From a virus: 6,503 bases of DNA. Every line of letters begins with the position of its first letter. The stretch's first letter is position 1. The notes beneath the pieces are model-generated. The model was not told where the DNA came from and searched no databases. It saw only the letters and a program-made list of their open reading frames with translations. The DNA lies in IMG/VR virus record IMGVR_UViG_3300045988_043366, positions 1 to 6,503 of that record. One strand, written 5' to 3'. This document shows, piece after piece, positions 4,216 to 6,503 of the stretch. The translations under genes and the position numbers were made by a program.

Positions 4216-5295
4216 TTAACGACGAATAGCACCTATAGCGTTTCCAATAACACCAATAGTATTAAGTCCTTCTTCATAATACCGTTTATTATAATTCCAA
4301 CGGTCAATAAGAGATTTAAAGGACTTAGATTCAGCATCACGCACTCCGGCTTCCTGGGCTTTCTGTATAAAACCCATATTGTAAGACGTTTGCGATTCAT
4401 ATCCGGTACTCATAGCTGCAATAAAATCATCAGCAAGAGCAAGAGCTTTTTTATAATCAAGATTATTCTTATCAGACATAGAATCATACCAAGTACCTTG
4501 CTTAGCATATAAAAGCTGCTTAGCAATAGATTCTTTACATTGTTGATATTTCAAATGTCCTGACGCCATCAGATCATAATACTGGGAAGCCATTACATTC
4601 AAACGCAGTTGCTCGGATTGGTCAAGATATTTATTCAAAATACGCTTAGATTGATTAGATAATAATAAATCGACACGCTGTGCACGCTGTATTTTATTAG
4701 TCCAGCGCAAATTTTGAAGATTCTGCTCGTTAGTATCATAATCAAGTTGCGCACGCTGTAAACCAGTCTCACGCATCCATTTCTTATACTCTGGGGAAAG
4801 CTTTCCCCAGTCAATATTAGAAAAAACCTGCATAGCTTGAGCTCGTGCTACATCCGCTTCTCCTTGCAAAACCTTAGTATGAGCATTAGATTCTCGTTCC
4901 TGATAGAGCATTTGTCCGGCTCGTCCAAGCTGTGAGCCAAGCTCTGAATAAACTTCAGGATTCACGGAAAGAGGAGGAGCAGCACTAGCTTGAGAAGTAC
5001 TACCAGTAGAACCTGCAACACCAGTATTCGAATCATATCCCAAATAAGGATTATACCCGGCTTCAGCACGTAATCTACGCTGATTGGCCGGAGAATTGTA
5101 CTCATTCTGTTTATTCCACATCTCAAGCTGAAAATCACGAGCTTTCTGGGCTTCACGAGCATTAAACTCGTTATTCATTTGATTCTGTGAAATATTCTTA
5201 TTGTTGGAAGCGGCACCAAGAGCAGCGCCACCAATAGTACCAATAGCACCAATAAGAGCAGGAACGATGGCTATATCATAACCATTACTGGGCAT
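4216..5295 (-). CDS. VP2: Minor capsid / DNA pilot protein VP2 (phiX174 gpH analogue), 359 aa from the MPSNGYD start (the track ORF extends to 5361)
   Basis: Gly/Ala-rich hydrophobic N-terminus (IVPALIGAIGTIGGAALGAA). Conserved microvirus VP2-type block MWNKQNEYNSPANQRRLRAEAGYNPYL. Long Q/K/R-rich helical middle and a Gly-zipper-like C-terminus (GLNTIGVIGNAIGAIRR). The ATG at 5293-5295 overlaps the upstream ORF stop (5285-5287) by 11 nt. The extra 22 codons up to 5361 are Leu-rich and lie inside the upstream ORF. Confidence 0.85.
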   Translation of the reverse strand: MPSNGYDIAIVPALIGAIGTIGGAALGAASNNKNISQNQMNNEFNAREAQKARDFQLEMWNKQNEYNSPANQRRLRAEAGYNPYLGYDSNTGVAGSTGSTSQASAAPPLSVNPEVYSELGSQLGRAGQMLYQERESNAHTKVLQGEADVARAQAMQVFSNIDWGKLSPEYKKWMRETGLQRAQLDYDTNEQNLQNLRWTNKIQRAQRVDLLLSNQSKRILNKYLDQSEQLRLNVMASQYYDLMASGHLKYQQCKESIAKQLLYAKQGTWYDSMSDKNNLDYKKALALADDFIAAMSTGYESQTSYNMGFIQKAQEAGVRDAESKSFKSLIDRWNYNKRYYEEGLNTIGVIGNAIGAIRR

Positions 5296-5800
5296 CAGCT
5301 GATCCAGAGCTATCGACACCAGAATCAGCAGCAGAAGTTTCAGCAGCTTCATTTTCAGCAAGTTGTCTTAAAGCATCAGATTCCATATCCTCTGCCAGTT
5401 CATTAATAGATTCAACCCAAGCAAGAATTTCGCTAGGGTGCTGCAAATGACGAGATTTAACCATAGATAAAAGCTCATCATCTGAAGGATTCAACTTATC
5501 CAATTGTTCTTGCAAAGAAGAAGAACGAGGACGCTTAGAATCCAAAAACCGTTGAACGGTAGAAACACCAGTACGCTTGGCAAGATCAGCGGCATGAAGT
5601 AACATACTCACATCAGAGCGAAGACGATAAGAAACAGAATCGCCAAAAGTCTCCGTTTCAAAACGAAATTGCTCAATAGGGTCAACTTCAAGAGAAATCT
5701 CACCAACACGAGTAGAGGGGAAAGTAGAAACCTCACGAGTAGGGGTAAATTTACGAAAACCACATCCAAAACAAAGTTCTTTTTTCTCTTTCATAATCAT
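5285..5800 (-). CDS. Putative internal scaffolding protein (VP3-like), 171 aa
   Basis: It sits between VP1 and VP2 and starts 5 nt after the VP1 TAA stop. The C-terminus is acidic (EDMESDALRQLAENEAAETSAADSGVDSSGSADAQ). The block PSDDELLSMVKSRHLQHPSEI resembles the motif I associate with microvirus scaffold proteins. The assignment rests on position plus remembered motif, not on a search. Confidence 0.55.
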   Translation of the reverse strand: MIMKEKKELCFGCGFRKFTPTREVSTFPSTRVGEISLEVDPIEQFRFETETFGDSVSYRLRSDVSMLLHAADLAKRTGVSTVQRFLDSKRPRSSSLQEQLDKLNPSDDELLSMVKSRHLQHPSEILAWVESINELAEDMESDALRQLAENEAAETSAADSGVDSSGSADAQ

Positions 5801-5805
5801 ACAAA

Positions 5806-6503
5806 TTAATAAGGAACACCATCACGAGACAAAGGACGAACAACCTTACATCCAACATAAGAATTAACCAAAAATTGGTCAGTCTCCCAAGTAGAATCAG
5901 CCTTAACAGCAAAAATATTATCCAAAGTATTAGGATTAACCTTGAAGAAAGGCCAAGTAGCAAAAGAATTAGCAGGAGTAGTGGCAAACGTACTATACAG
6001 GAAAGAATCATCAACAGGGGCAACCCAATCCTGAAGAGTCGTAGTAAATGCACCATGAATACGGTCTATATTGGACTTCCAAGCATAATAACGAGGATTA
6101 TAACCTAGAATAGAATCAACCTTTATAGAACCATTAGTCTTATACAGATTAGAATTAAGTAACTGAACAAGAGGAACACCTTCCATACCAATATTATCAA
6201 ATTCAGGAATAGGAAGTTCATCTACAGAAGTCGCCAAAAGTTGAGGATGCTGGCCGGAAATATCATAATCAAGAACAGGCATACAATGGTAAATACACAT
6301 CAAAATACAATATTTAGAACCTGTAGTATAACGCATAGAACCAGTTCCAGTACCGACACCTTTACCATAAATGACAGCTTCTCCATCACCTTGCAAGTTG
6401 TTATTTACAACCTCGGAAATATCAAGATTACGAGCAATACCTCCGATATATTGAGCCATATGAGAATCAGAAGCAGGAACATTAACACCGAAATGAGCCT
6501 TAA
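5806..6503 (-). CDS. VP1: Major capsid protein VP1, C-terminal part (5806-6448 is unique sequence; 6449-6503 duplicates 1-55)
   Basis: The track ORF 5806..6459 (MAQYIGGIARNLDISEV...VRPLSRDGVPY) is in frame with, and overlaps, the end of the 1..1232 translation (...SDSHMAQY). The joined ORF is 1232 + 643 = 1875 nt, giving 624 aa, with TAA at 5806-5808. Confidence 0.93.
   Translation of the reverse strand, partial: KAHFGVNVPASDSHMAQYIGGIARNLDISEVVNNNLQGDGEAVIYGKGVGTGTGSMRYTTGSKYCILMCIYHCMPVLDYDISGQHPQLLATSVDELPIPEFDNIGMEGVPLVQLLNSNLYKTNGSIKVDSILGYNPRYYAWKSNIDRIHGAFTTTLQDWVAPVDDSFLYSTFATTPANSFATWPFFKVNPNTLDNIFAVKADSTWETDQFLVNSYVGCKVVRPLSRDGVPY
6449..6503. repeat. Terminal redundancy, right copy (identical to 1-55)
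   Basis: See the left copy. Confidence 0.97.

Noticed and set aside
4962-6108. Track ORFs 4962..5162(-), 5751..6056(-) and 5875..6108(+)
   Set aside because: They are alternative-frame or antisense shadows of VP2 and VP1. The Leu-rich low-complexity products are typical of a T-rich coding strand.

Overview
The window is one complete circular Microviridae genome of 6448 nt. It resembles the Alpavirinae or Bacteroidota-associated microvirus type. It was linearised inside the major capsid gene and carries a 55-nt terminal redundancy (1-55 is identical to 6449-6503). All convincing genes lie on the minus strand and are tightly packed. In order they are VP1 major capsid (1232 down to 1, continuing 6448 down to 5806, 624 aa), a VP3-like scaffold candidate, the VP2 pilot/minor capsid protein, a 70-aa ORF, two small ORFs, and the VP4 HUH replication initiator. 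No gene has a Shine-Dalgarno sequence. The one exact promoter-like motif is the Bacteroides-type TAnnTTTG, which suggests a Bacteroidota host. The unusual part is an ORF-poor stretch at 3276-4215. Directly after the strong intrinsic terminator that ends VP2 comes a promoter-like motif. It is followed by a 70-aa ORF whose N-terminus resembles the first half of a GIY-YIG nuclease domain. Next is a roughly 325-nt hairpin-dense island of about 59% GC, hand counted, in a genome that is much more AT-rich by eye. The island ends in a 19-bp hairpin plus U-tract terminator. It is followed by a 16% GC inverted-repeat spacer and a second roughly 115-nt structured block. The structured blocks contain GC-clamped GAA/GAAA mini-hairpins in the virion sense, including GCGAAGC twice. 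I cannot assign the island to any RNA family I know. Candidate roles are a structured ncRNA carried on a moron-like cassette, or an ssDNA complementary-strand origin or recombination element. Its strand of action is ambiguous.
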